NCBI GenBank assembly: GCA_964415895.1
Contig: CAYQCC010000004.1
Coordinates: 243 to 64,242, forward strand
Length of the DNA stretch: 64,000 nucleotides
Source: an uncultured Candidatus Saccharibacteria bacterium
Lineage (GTDB): Bacteria > Patescibacteriota > Minisyncoccia > Phycocordibacterales > UBA1006
Reading direction: 5' to 3'
This document shows positions 51,307-61,127 of this stretch, in pieces. Position numbers and translations under genes: made by a program. Under the pieces are notes generated by a model. The model had not been told where the DNA came from. It searched no databases and saw only the letters and a list, made by a program, of their open reading frames with translations. Numbering within the stretch: the first letter of the stretch is position 1; each line of letters begins with the position of its first letter.

Positions 51307-51422
51307 AAAAGACTTCTACTATGAATACTCGCCGTAAATGCGATTATATAGTAGTTATTCTCTTGCTCTCAGTTTTTTCATTGCTAATATGGACAGTATC
51401 ATCGTATGGCGACAAGTGCAAC

Positions 51423-52421
51423 TTACTTTTTTATTTGCATCGATTCTACTCTCTGTATCAGTTTCCATCCGTTTCCATGCGACAGCAGTCCGCGGTACGA
51501 ATTAACCACTGCCTCATCCCCTGCATAGATCCCTGGATTGCTGAGCATTCTACGCTTCGTTGCAGTACGCAGTGTCCGATGATGTGGAAAATGAACCCAC
51601 CCGAGAAAATCTATCCCCGAGGCAAGCGTCTTGATAAATAATTTATTCGGATGCAACGATAATTTTAATTTGGTTTCGAGAAACTCGGAAATCTGCGGAA
51701 CGAGGTTTTCTAAGTAATCCTTGTCCTCATGCAGAATGGCGAAATCGTCCGCATAACGAATATAGTGTTTTATTTTGAGCGTTCGCTTCATGAAGTGGTC
51801 AAATTCATTCATATATACGTTCACCAGAAGTTGTGATGTTAGGTTTCCCAACGGCAAGCCGACATCGACTCTGCCTTCGGTCGAAAAACTATCGATGAGC
51901 CGATCGAATAACTGAAGAAGCTTCTTGTCCTGAATATGCTCCGACAGAATCCTTTTTAGGATTACATGGTCAATGTTCGCAAAGAATTTCCTGATGTCGC
52001 ATTTCAAAATCCAGCACGCCCGCGTATTGTTTTTGGAAACGATGCGCGAGAAATCTGTGAAGCGATTCATCGCCTTATGAGTCCCCTTGTTGATGCGACA
52101 GGAATACGAATCATAGATAAATTTTTTATCAAAATATGGGTACAGTTCATCATGCAAGAGATGGTGCAGTAATCGATCTCGCACCGTCGCCTTATGGATA
52201 TTCCTCGGCTTCGGGTCACTAATTTTAAATGCATCATATCCGCTATGGTGATACTTTTTATATTTCAAATCGTGATGCACATTTAATATGTGTTCCATTA
52301 AATTTCTTTCGAACTCTAGCACGTCGCGTTTTTGTTTTTTGCCGCGGCGAAACTCACGCCATGCGTGTAATAAATTTTCAACCGATATGATATCATCATA
52401 GTTATGATCAAAAAACTTCAT
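51423..52421 (-). CDS. Diversity-generating retroelement reverse transcriptase
   Basis: RT motifs: ISDPKPRNIHKATVRDRLLHH (motif 1/2), LGNLTSQ (the DGR-specific IGxxxSQ replacing QGxxxSP), YADDFAIL (YxDD). Start taken at MKFFDHNYDDIISVENLLHAW. The ORF-track start 52607 reads through a poly-C tract. Confidence 0.85.
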   Translation of the reverse strand: MKFFDHNYDDIISVENLLHAWREFRRGKKQKRDVLEFERNLMEHILNVHHDLKYKKYHHSGYDAFKISDPKPRNIHKATVRDRLLHHLLHDELYPYFDKKFIYDSYSCRINKGTHKAMNRFTDFSRIVSKNNTRACWILKCDIRKFFANIDHVILKRILSEHIQDKKLLQLFDRLIDSFSTEGRVDVGLPLGNLTSQLLVNVYMNEFDHFMKRTLKIKHYIRYADDFAILHEDKDYLENLVPQISEFLETKLKLSLHPNKLFIKTLASGIDFLGWVHFPHHRTLRTATKRRMLSNPGIYAGDEAVVNSYRGLLSHGNGWKLIQRVESMQIKK

Positions 52422-52839
52422 TCCAATAATATTACCCCCCCCCCCGACGATTTTACCAGTGCTGAGTAAGGTAAAAACTGTGTACATCTCATGGTTCGAT
52501 GTGTATAAAAAATTAGAAAAAGTACATAAATACACGCTCGGACAAAAGATTGATAATTTGTTTGTTGAGATTATAGAATCGATATCGCTCGCGACGTTTT
52601 TGGACAAAACAGAAAAACAGCCGTGGATCAGATTTGCGATCAGGAAATTGGATACGGTGAAAATACTGCTATTGATATTATGGGAAACACGCTCGATTGA
52701 TGATACGGTCTACATTACCCTGTCAGAACCAATCCACGAGATTGGTAAAATGCTGGGTGGTTGGAACGGGCAGCTGACAAAACTGTCCGAGAATGCAAAA
52801 TAAAACTCATCCAGATTTTGGATGAGAAACGAAATAATA

Positions 52840-52968
52840 TGCTGGAACGGAACACGAAACGGTTGTTCCCATTCCACCTGTTGTCCATGTGGCCATTGTT
52901 GTTGTTCAACCACGGTTCGGAATCGTTCCGATTCACGTTGAACAGTTTCGGGTCACCGTCTGCGTCAG
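52840..52968 (-). repeat. DGR template repeat (TR)
   Basis: About 129 nt, near-identical to 53317-53448. Every mismatch corresponds to an adenine in this copy on the minus strand. AAC-rich when translated (NNNNGHMDNRWNGNN). Confidence 0.85.
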
Positions 52969-53221
52969 TATTATATGTGATGCCATCCGTGCCACCATCC
53001 ATCGATTCACCCTGTGAGAATTTCTGAATTGAATTTGATTTGATATCTAAAATACCCTAGCACCACATACCAAGTAACTTCATTTTTTGAAGTGTCTACA
53101 TGAATTGCGCTCTACAAGACCGTGATGTTGCAGACTCTGAATTCATGGATACTGATTTCGGTCGTGGCCATCGTAATGAGCCACAGATTAACCTACTCTC
53201 ATCTTAAATATACCATATGAA

Positions 53222-53252
53222 AAAAAATCCTGCCGATGGTGGCAGGATTTTT
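53222..53252. terminator. Intrinsic terminator after the DGR target gene
   Basis: aaaaaaaatcctgccgatggtggcaggatttttt. Confidence 0.65.
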
Positions 53253-53308
53253 TAAGTTCTAAATGCATAGTTTCAAAGTGCCAGTGCACAATATCACAGT
53301 TCACAGGA

Positions 53309-55237
53309 CTAAGACTTGCTGGAACGGAACACGAAACGGTAGAGCCCATGCCACCCGCTGTCCACGCGGCCATAGCAGTAGTAGTCCAACCACGGTACGG
53401 AAGCGTACCGAGACACGCGGAACAGTACCGGGCCACCGCCTGCGCCAGCAATCGGTTCCATTGCAATTCGTAGATATTCGTCATTTGGCTGATCGGTGTA
53501 CGACAATCGCAATTCTGGTCCCACCTGTGGCGGACACAGTTCCAATCCCATGGATCGTGCCTTGTCATAAATTTCCTGCAACGTCGCGCCGTTTGGAAAC
53601 CCAAGCTGTTCAACGGAAAATGAAACGAGCTTGATCTGCTCAGGAGATTTCAATGGCTCAATCTTGTTTAAGATTTGCTGCGCGTAGGTATATACCTGAT
53701 TACCCTTATCAATGAGCTCTTTTGTGTACTGTTCTGGCGTCTTGGTAGACAATTCCAAAGATTGCTTGAAGATTTTTGTCTCTGGGAATGATTCGTACAG
53801 ATACTGTACTGTGTCAGGCATTTTTTGATATATGTCGACATTCCACGGTCCGATATAAGCGACGGTATGTTCATTTACCTGATCAACATTATTTGCAATT
53901 TGGTCTGGCGTGCAGTCAAAAATTACAGGCGCGTCATCCATTGCATTTCTGGTTGAGAGAATTTCTGCAATACGCGGATCTTTCTGGTAACCGAACCCTT
54001 CAATGGAACCATCCATTTCGTACAAGAACCGAAGGTCGGCCGATGACAGCGCTAACCCTGCGCGATTCTTTTCAGTAATCGCAGTGAGATGTTTCATGTC
54101 GGCGGATCGTTTAAGATATTTCTCCCCCTCTGCGCCAAACTCTGACAATTTTTCATCGATCACTGGCTGGATGAACTGGTCGACATTCTGGTCTTTTTCG
54201 ATTCCGCGAATTTCGGAAATACTATCCCCAGTCATTCGGATCGCGATGCGAGGAATCACGGAAATTCCCTGCTCGTCCTGGGAATAGTACACATGGAAAT
54301 CGCCACCTTGTAATTGTGTTCGTGCCGTTTCAATGTTCGTGGCAGTGCACCATTCCAGCGGATATCCCTGAAGCGATTCGTAGAGCTCGTTCGGTTCTGA
54401 ATTTTCTGGATATGTCTTCCATTTTCCTGCAATATTCTCGAGATGTTTCCATGACATTCCTGAGAATTGCTCCAATGCGTGGGTGTACAGTTTTGAAAAG
54501 TTTTCGGTAGACACCAGTTCGCGATACGTGCCGTCATGATTCAGCGAATACATCAACTCCTTTTCTTTCTTTTGGCGATCCAGCATGTTGACCTCGTCTT
54601 TCGGAATTCCCGAAAGGGCGACCTGCTTTTGGATCACGTCAATGGTCTTTGCGAGGCAGGCAATGTTGAGCGTCGGGAACGGCTGCGATGTCGTTTTGGT
54701 TCTCCTGCCGTATCGGGCTTCCTTTTTGTTGTATCCACCCATTTCTGTCATGCTGCGGAATGCCCAGTATTTTGCCCAGTCCGGGTACAGCGCATCTGGT
54801 GATGAAAGGTAGTCAATCCATGCATCGAGTGACCGTCGCTGTCCGTCTTGAATTTCCTTGATCTTTTTCTCTTCCCAATCTGGTGTTGGTTCGGGTCTCC
54901 CGTGTCCCTGCTGTTCTGCGATTCGCTGTTCCTGGTCAAGGAAGTAATCCAACGGGATGTTTTCTGGGCTGATGATCAGTTGTTTGTGAAGCACTCGCTT
55001 CATTGCCTCGATCCCCATGGCGCGCTTTTCTGGATCTTGGCGATCTAAAATTTCCTTGAACCTATTCAGGTAGTTTTCAATGCGATCTTCTGGCTTCTCG
55101 GAAACCTTTTCACCCTTGCGATATTCGGTCCGTTCGGCAGATTTCACCACTTCTGGTGAGGTATGCAGGTTTGCGTATTTCTTCTTGAGAAAATTAATCG
55201 GGTTTTCCATATGCATAACTTTACCACATATTGTCAA
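53309..55237 (-). CDS. DGR target protein with C-terminal variable region
   Basis: 642 aa, no signal peptide. The last ~45 aa (…GGGPVLFRVSRYASVPWLDYYCYGRVDSGWHGLYRFVFRSS) are encoded by the VR. The N-terminal 600 aa are uncharacterised. Confidence 0.75.
   Translation of the reverse strand: MTICGKVMHMENPINFLKKKYANLHTSPEVVKSAERTEYRKGEKVSEKPEDRIENYLNRFKEILDRQDPEKRAMGIEAMKRVLHKQLIISPENIPLDYFLDQEQRIAEQQGHGRPEPTPDWEEKKIKEIQDGQRRSLDAWIDYLSSPDALYPDWAKYWAFRSMTEMGGYNKKEARYGRRTKTTSQPFPTLNIACLAKTIDVIQKQVALSGIPKDEVNMLDRQKKEKELMYSLNHDGTYRELVSTENFSKLYTHALEQFSGMSWKHLENIAGKWKTYPENSEPNELYESLQGYPLEWCTATNIETARTQLQGGDFHVYYSQDEQGISVIPRIAIRMTGDSISEIRGIEKDQNVDQFIQPVIDEKLSEFGAEGEKYLKRSADMKHLTAITEKNRAGLALSSADLRFLYEMDGSIEGFGYQKDPRIAEILSTRNAMDDAPVIFDCTPDQIANNVDQVNEHTVAYIGPWNVDIYQKMPDTVQYLYESFPETKIFKQSLELSTKTPEQYTKELIDKGNQVYTYAQQILNKIEPLKSPEQIKLVSFSVEQLGFPNGATLQEIYDKARSMGLELCPPQVGPELRLSYTDQPNDEYLRIAMEPIAGAGGGPVLFRVSRYASVPWLDYYCYGRVDSGWHGLYRFVFRSSKS
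53317..53448 (-). repeat. DGR variable repeat (VR)
   Basis: Matches TR except at TR-adenine positions (about 25 substitutions) and one 3-nt indel in a triplet run. The identical 3' segment gctggaacggaacacgaaacgg is IMH-like. Confidence 0.85.
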
Positions 55238-55348
55238 AATGTCTTTAATTTAAGGGCTTATTGAATCGTTTTAATACCGTTTGAAACATTTTATTTAAGG
55301 AGTCAAGATATAATCCACCTGTTGGTAACTTTCTTAAAAAAGGCTTTA

Positions 55349-55520
55349 TTTAAAGGGGTTTTATGCTATAATCAGTTCGTTGCCACAATCATATATGCTA
55401 TGAGCTTTTTTGGCTTTGCCGTTACTCGTGCCCAGCAGGGGGTCCACCTCGATGCACATGAGTAACGGCTTAGGCTTATACGATTGTGGCAACCATCGCA
55501 GGTGGCCCCTCTTTTGAGTT
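55349..55520 (+). promoter_or_regulatory. Promoter plus structured leader with nested inverted repeats and terminator-like hairpin upstream of mod
   Basis: TTTATT-16nt-TGcTATAAT promoter (55349-55372). Nested IRs gttgccacaatc/gattgtggcaac and gccgttactc/gagtaacggc. cagggggtccacctcgatg can pair with catcgcaggtggcccct, which is followed by cttttg. Confidence 0.5.
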
Positions 55521-55541
55521 GTAATACCACGCTACGACATA

Positions 55542-57260
55542 GTGTTGCCTATGTCTTATACAGAAAAAGAGCTTATTGCTCAAATTTCAGAATTACAATC
55601 TGAAATCAAAAAATTAAAGGCTCGAAAAAAATACGGACTCGTCTGGGAAGACAAACCAGAAGATGTGGTTTTGCAGTGCGAAACTAACGTCCCTATTCTA
55701 AAAGAAGTTAAGGCCAGAAAGCTGGTATCCGATAATTCGCTCCCAACGAATCTTTTGATCGAGGGAGACAATTATCACTCACTTTCTGTTTTGAACTACA
55801 CACATAAAGGAAAAATAGATCTGATTTATGCAGATCCTCCTTACAACACTGGCAATAAAAGCTGGAGATACAACAATGACTACGTAGAAAAAGAAGATTC
55901 ATTCCGTCACAGTAAATGGATTTCGTTTTTTGAAAAAAGACTGCGCTTAAGTCGTAACCTTTTAAACGACAAGGGTATTATTGTTGTAACGATTGACGAT
56001 TATGAGATCGGTACTGTGCGATTACTAATGGATGAAGTTTTTGGAGAAGAAAACCGTCTGGGGCTGGTGACGATAATGCACAACCCACGAGGAAGAAGTG
56101 ATGATAAATTTTTTGCCACCTCACATGAATACGCACTTTTTTATTCAAAAAATATAGACAGTGCTATTACCCATAAAATCGACCTGACCCAAGAGCAAGC
56201 AGATCTATTTAATCTTTTTGATTCGATCTCTAACTATAGACTTCTTCCCCTTAAAAGAACGGGATCGAATTCAACCCCAAAAGAACGACCCAAATTATTT
56301 TTTCCAATTTTTGTAAACAAAAAAACACTTGAAATTTCAACAAAAAAACAAGGTACTGGGTGGATAGAAGTACTACCTAAAGACGGAACAGGATCTGATC
56401 GTGTATGGCGTTGGGGTAAGGAAAAAATTGAGAAAGAATGGAAGACAGAACTTGTTGCAAAAATAAAGAACGATAAATGCTCACTATTCACAAAAGATAG
56501 AATAAAATCTGGTCGCAAACCAAAAACAATTTGGATCGAACCAAGCTACGATGCCTCATCGCATGGAACCGTACTGTTGGAAAACATTCTTAATAAGAGA
56601 AAGGTTTTTGACTACCCAAAATCACTCTATGCCGTCATCGATACCCTTAAAATAGTTTCAAAAGAAAATAAAGATGCTATCATTCTCGACTTCTTTGCAG
56701 GCTCTGGTACGACGGGCCACGCTGTTCTCGAGCTCAATAAACAAGACGGCGGGAATCGAAAGTTCATACTCTGCACTAACAATGAGAACAAGATTGCCGA
56801 GGAAGTAACCCACGAGCGCCTCAAGCGAATAATAAAAGGATACAAAAACAAAAAAGGAGAGAATGTTGAAGGTCTCGGCGGTAATTTGTCGTACTTCAAA
56901 ACTGATCTCGTTAGTATTGATAAGCTCCGCCGTATTTCAGATGATGCAAAAATAAAAGTTACCTATCGAGCAGGTGAAATGATCGCCCTGCGTGAAAACA
57001 CGTTGAACGAAATTGAGAAAAACGATTGGTGGCAGATATTCGAAGGCAATGGAAAATTAACAGCAATATATTTCACAGAGAGCAAATCAAAACTCATAGA
57101 CCTTCTGGATTTGCTTGAGAAGAAAAATATGCCGACCAATTTGTATATTTTTGGCTGGGGAAAAAATGAGTACAAAAACGATTATTCCACGAAGATTATC
57201 CGAGTCGAGGATATTCCAGAACCGATCCTTGAGGTCTACAAGGAAATTAACCGCATCTAA
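55542..57260 (+). CDS. mod: Type III restriction-modification methyltransferase (Mod, N6-adenine)
   Basis: IYADPPYNTGN (DPPY) followed later by FFAGSGTTGHAV (FxGxG). 572 aa. Confidence 0.85.
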   Translation: MLPMSYTEKELIAQISELQSEIKKLKARKKYGLVWEDKPEDVVLQCETNVPILKEVKARKLVSDNSLPTNLLIEGDNYHSLSVLNYTHKGKIDLIYADPPYNTGNKSWRYNNDYVEKEDSFRHSKWISFFEKRLRLSRNLLNDKGIIVVTIDDYEIGTVRLLMDEVFGEENRLGLVTIMHNPRGRSDDKFFATSHEYALFYSKNIDSAITHKIDLTQEQADLFNLFDSISNYRLLPLKRTGSNSTPKERPKLFFPIFVNKKTLEISTKKQGTGWIEVLPKDGTGSDRVWRWGKEKIEKEWKTELVAKIKNDKCSLFTKDRIKSGRKPKTIWIEPSYDASSHGTVLLENILNKRKVFDYPKSLYAVIDTLKIVSKENKDAIILDFFAGSGTTGHAVLELNKQDGGNRKFILCTNNENKIAEEVTHERLKRIIKGYKNKKGENVEGLGGNLSYFKTDLVSIDKLRRISDDAKIKVTYRAGEMIALRENTLNEIEKNDWWQIFEGNGKLTAIYFTESKSKLIDLLDLLEKKNMPTNLYIFGWGKNEYKNDYSTKIIRVEDIPEPILEVYKEINRI

Positions 57261-57264
57261 TTAT

Positions 57265-59556
57265 ATGTTTGCACTCAAACCATTCCAAGAAAATGCCATC
57301 GGTCACCTCAAGGAGAAGTTTCTGACGCTGTGGAAACTCGGCGATCGCAATTTGAGCCTCACACTCAAATCCCCAACAGGATCTGGGAAGACGGTCATGA
57401 TGGCGCAATTCCTGCGAGACATCGTATCGGATCCGCGATTCCAAAATGCCGATGTCGGATTCTTGTGGATCACTAATTCGGATTCATTGGCTATGCAGTC
57501 AAAAGAAAAGCTGTTTTCGTATTATGGAGGAGCAAGTGAGAACACGTTGCTCGATCTGAATGATCTACGTGACGGCTATATTCCCAAGAACGGAGTATTC
57601 TTCATCAACTGGCAGAAATTGGTATCGCGAGCGCAGACCAACAGAAAACTTCGTGCGGAAGGCGAACTCAATACCACTTTTGACGAATATTTGGATGCCA
57701 CCCATGCACAAGGACGAGAGGTCGTCCTGATTATAGACGAGGAGCATATCGCCTCATCTACCGTTCTTGCAAATGACCTGATTCAAAACGTTATCAAGCC
57801 ACGAATCATCATCGGAGTTTCCGCTACCCCACAAACGGTCGGAGTCACCGTCGATGTTGATCGTGCCGATGTCGTTCGCGAAGGTCTCATCAAAGAGAAA
57901 ACTATCTTCCAAACCGAGGAAGATTTGGCACATCCCGAATTCAAGGGAATGGATCAGGACGATATTCTGCTTACCCTTGCATACAACAAGCGAGCCGAGC
58001 TTGCCAGTTACTATGCTGATCTTGGTATCGATATAAATCCCTTAGTGCTTATCCAGCTTCCAAATGACGACAAGTCTTCAGAGGGATCGAAGCAGGATCT
58101 GATTATCAACTTCCTCAAGTCAAAGGGAGTATTCGAGCACGAAATCGCAGTCTGGCTCTCAGAAGATAAAATAAATCTCGATGCAATCGAGAAAAATAAT
58201 TCGCCTGTTTCATTTTTGCTTTTCAAGCAAGCGGCGGCTACTGGTTGGGATTGTCCTCGCGCAAGTGTCCTGGTTATGTTCCGCGAAATTAAGAATCCGA
58301 CATTTGCAATCCAAACGGTAGGACGCATTCTGCGCATGCCACTTGGAACACATTTTCCAAAACCTGAATTGAATCTCGGTTATCTCTACACCAATTACAA
58401 GCGAAATGAAGTGATTATGGGATACTCAAAATCTACCGACCAGAACCGCCCTGCCATCTACGGGAGTTACCGCAAGCAGTCCATCGAACCGATCATGCTT
58501 GAATCCGTATTCATGAGCCGAACCGATTACAACGACCTTGGTGACAGTTTTCAAGACGAGTTCAAAAAGATTGCCGATGAGTATTTCTTGCTCAAGGGAA
58601 ACATTACCGCAAAAACCGTACGCAAGAATTTCTCTGACAAAGGACTTGATCCTGATACTGTCGTTACGAACGGACTCATCATAGGAGTGGAAATTGACGA
58701 TTACGACAACTTCAAACAGGAACTCCTTTCAGAAGGCAGTAGCCATGAGCAGGAAATGTCCCAGCACGATCTCGAGCGACTCTATAACCTCTTTTGCTTC
58801 AATCTGCTCGCAAAACAAACCGACGAGAATAAGAAGTTTGCGCCAGAGCGTTCATGGGGTAAACTCAAGACAGCCTTGAACGTTTGGCTACTGGGACATT
58901 TCGAAGAACCTCGACAAAAAATCTATTCGATTATTGTCGGAGACCTCTTAAAAACAAATAGCGTCCTCGCACCTCTTATCGGAAAATCTCTTGAATCATA
59001 TCGATCTATACGCGAACATGAGGTCAATCGAAAATCGGAACGCGCGAAGCGGACTGAAAAAATCGAAATCCCTCGGCAAAGCATTTTCTATACTGATCAA
59101 TATGAAGAGATGGATGTTAGGAAATCAGCTATGACTCCGTTTTATATTGAAAAGGATTACAAGGGTGACGATAACGAAAAGGAATTTATAAAGTTCCTTG
59201 AAGAAAGCAAGAACGTCACATGGTGGTACAAGAACGGCGATGCTGGTAGTGAATTCTTTTCGATATCCTATTTCAACCCAGACGAGAACAAGGAGAAGCT
59301 TTTCTATCCCGACTGGATATTCAAGGTAAAGGATACAGTTTGGATCGTTGATACAAAGAAAGGCTTTACGGCTGAATCTGCTGACACTAAATACAAATCC
59401 GAGGCACTCCAACAATGGCTCAAAGGTAAGAAAGAATTCACGGGCGGAATAGCAGTGCAAGATGGTCCGAACGGATGGAAGTTTAACCGCAATACTATCT
59501 ATTCTTACACGCCATCATTTACCAAATGGGATGATTTGAAGGATTTATTCGCATAA
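57265..59556 (+). CDS. res: Type III restriction enzyme Res subunit (SF2 helicase-nuclease)
   Basis: Walker A KSPTGSGKTV, DEEH box LIIDEEHIAS, helicase motif VI QTVGRILRMP. Starts 5 nt after mod. Confidence 0.85.
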   Translation: MFALKPFQENAIGHLKEKFLTLWKLGDRNLSLTLKSPTGSGKTVMMAQFLRDIVSDPRFQNADVGFLWITNSDSLAMQSKEKLFSYYGGASENTLLDLNDLRDGYIPKNGVFFINWQKLVSRAQTNRKLRAEGELNTTFDEYLDATHAQGREVVLIIDEEHIASSTVLANDLIQNVIKPRIIIGVSATPQTVGVTVDVDRADVVREGLIKEKTIFQTEEDLAHPEFKGMDQDDILLTLAYNKRAELASYYADLGIDINPLVLIQLPNDDKSSEGSKQDLIINFLKSKGVFEHEIAVWLSEDKINLDAIEKNNSPVSFLLFKQAAATGWDCPRASVLVMFREIKNPTFAIQTVGRILRMPLGTHFPKPELNLGYLYTNYKRNEVIMGYSKSTDQNRPAIYGSYRKQSIEPIMLESVFMSRTDYNDLGDSFQDEFKKIADEYFLLKGNITAKTVRKNFSDKGLDPDTVVTNGLIIGVEIDDYDNFKQELLSEGSSHEQEMSQHDLERLYNLFCFNLLAKQTDENKKFAPERSWGKLKTALNVWLLGHFEEPRQKIYSIIVGDLLKTNSVLAPLIGKSLESYRSIREHEVNRKSERAKRTEKIEIPRQSIFYTDQYEEMDVRKSAMTPFYIEKDYKGDDNEKEFIKFLEESKNVTWWYKNGDAGSEFFSISYFNPDENKEKLFYPDWIFKVKDTVWIVDTKKGFTAESADTKYKSEALQQWLKGKKEFTGGIAVQDGPNGWKFNRNTIYSYTPSFTKWDDLKDLFA

Positions 59557-59562
59557 AAAAAT

Positions 59563-61101
59563 ATGAGCACATTGATATCAAAAACAACTTTTATAGATTC
59601 ACGCAATTGTATTAAAAATACATGGCTCAAGCTCCACAAGGCAGAACTTTTGGTGAATTTTGAGCTATCTGAATTTGAAAAGCAGCTTATCGAGCAAGGA
59701 AACGAGGTGGAAGAATGCGCTCGCAAGCTTTTCCCTCTCGGCGTTGAGGTTACGAGCACGGGAGAGAATGCCTGCATTGAAACAATGCGATACATGGAGT
59801 CCAAAGTTCCTGCCATTTTTCAGGCAACATTTATTGCTGACGGATTCATTGCTCGAAACGACGTGCTGGTATATGACAAGAATAATGATTGCTGGGATTT
59901 GTACGAGATCAAGGGAACGAACTCTCTCAAGGAAGGGTCGGGCGACAGAAGCCATGTCGAGGATGTCGCTTTTCAAGCCGTTGTGCTCCGTCGCGCCAAC
60001 ATGAATCTCGGACGCTCGTTCTTGGTTCACCTGAATAAAGACTATGTGAGAGTTGGTGATCTCGATATCGAACAGTTGTTCATTATTGAAGATCTCACTG
60101 AAACAGTCGCGGAGAGGTTCGACGAGATAAGTATCCTGATGGACGGAGCAAGGGAGTTTCTTTCGCAGGAGAACGAACCTCCGTCTGGTTGCGATTGCCA
60201 CTATCTCGGCAGAAGCAGGCACTGCGCAACCTTCCCATATTCCCATCCTAAAATTCCTGAATATTCCGTTCATGACCTTTCGCGAATCGGCAGCAGCAAG
60301 AAAAAGCTTGAATTCTTTGCCGAAAATGAAATCTATCGTCTGGAGGATATTCCATATGATTTTGAATTATCGCCAATCCAGACAAACCAGCTTGAAGCTT
60401 ATCTCACGCAAAAGATAACGATCGATTACGAAGAGATTCATCAGCAGTTGAAAAACCTCAGGTTCCCTCTCTACTTTTTCGACTATGAAACATATGCGCC
60501 CGCCATACCGTCTTTCGCAAATTACAGCCCGTACAAGCGCATTCCGTTTCAATTCTCGCTTCACATTTTGAGAGATCCTATGGGAGAACTCGACCATGTC
60601 GAATTTCTCCATCCTACGCGCACCGATCCGTCTGAACTGGTTGCTAAATTACTCAACGAATACATCAAGCCCGAGGGAACGATCATCGCGTGGAACAAGT
60701 CGTTTGAAATCGGAGTCAACAATGAGATTGCACAACGGCTTCCAGAATATCGGGAGCTGCTCGAGAGAGTCAACGGTCAATTTTACGATCTCATGGAAGT
60801 TTTCTCAAAACAGCACTACATCCATCCCGATTTCCGCGGAAGCGCATCGATCAAGAAAGTGCTTCCTGTATTGGTGCCAGAACTTCAGTATAAGGATCTT
60901 GCCATTCACGAGGGAGGTCAGGCATCCGAGCAGTGGTGGTTCATGGTATCGCCGACGACTTCGGAGGAAAATTACGCCGAAGTTTCAAGAAACTTGAAGG
61001 AATACTGCAAGCTGGATACCTACGCCATGTATGCGATTTGGAAGCACTTGTATCAGATAACGGAATACTTATCTAAAATCAGCGAGGGAAATATTGGATG
61101 A
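59563..61101 (+). CDS. Dual-nuclease protein: Cas4-like PD-(D/E)xK domain (with Cys cluster) fused to a DEDD/RNase-H-like exonuclease domain (DUF2779-like)
   Basis: N-terminal ARNDVLVY...WDLYEIKG...QAVVL (D, ExK, Q motifs) with Cys16 and CDCHYLGRSRHC. C-terminal FFDYETYAP (DxE), IIAWNKSFEIG, and HxxxxD/Y motif DTYAMYAIWKH. Starts 7 nt after res. Confidence 0.5.
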   Translation: MSTLISKTTFIDSRNCIKNTWLKLHKAELLVNFELSEFEKQLIEQGNEVEECARKLFPLGVEVTSTGENACIETMRYMESKVPAIFQATFIADGFIARNDVLVYDKNNDCWDLYEIKGTNSLKEGSGDRSHVEDVAFQAVVLRRANMNLGRSFLVHLNKDYVRVGDLDIEQLFIIEDLTETVAERFDEISILMDGAREFLSQENEPPSGCDCHYLGRSRHCATFPYSHPKIPEYSVHDLSRIGSSKKKLEFFAENEIYRLEDIPYDFELSPIQTNQLEAYLTQKITIDYEEIHQQLKNLRFPLYFFDYETYAPAIPSFANYSPYKRIPFQFSLHILRDPMGELDHVEFLHPTRTDPSELVAKLLNEYIKPEGTIIAWNKSFEIGVNNEIAQRLPEYRELLERVNGQFYDLMEVFSKQHYIHPDFRGSASIKKVLPVLVPELQYKDLAIHEGGQASEQWWFMVSPTTSEENYAEVSRNLKEYCKLDTYAMYAIWKHLYQITEYLSKISEGNIG

Positions 61102-61127
61102 AATGCCTCTATGTAAACCAGATTCAC

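Noticed and set aside
52715-53002. 95-aa Asn-rich ORF (…NNNNGHMDNRWNGNNRFVFRSS)
   Set aside because: It is the translation of the DGR template repeat in the VR frame, not an independent gene.
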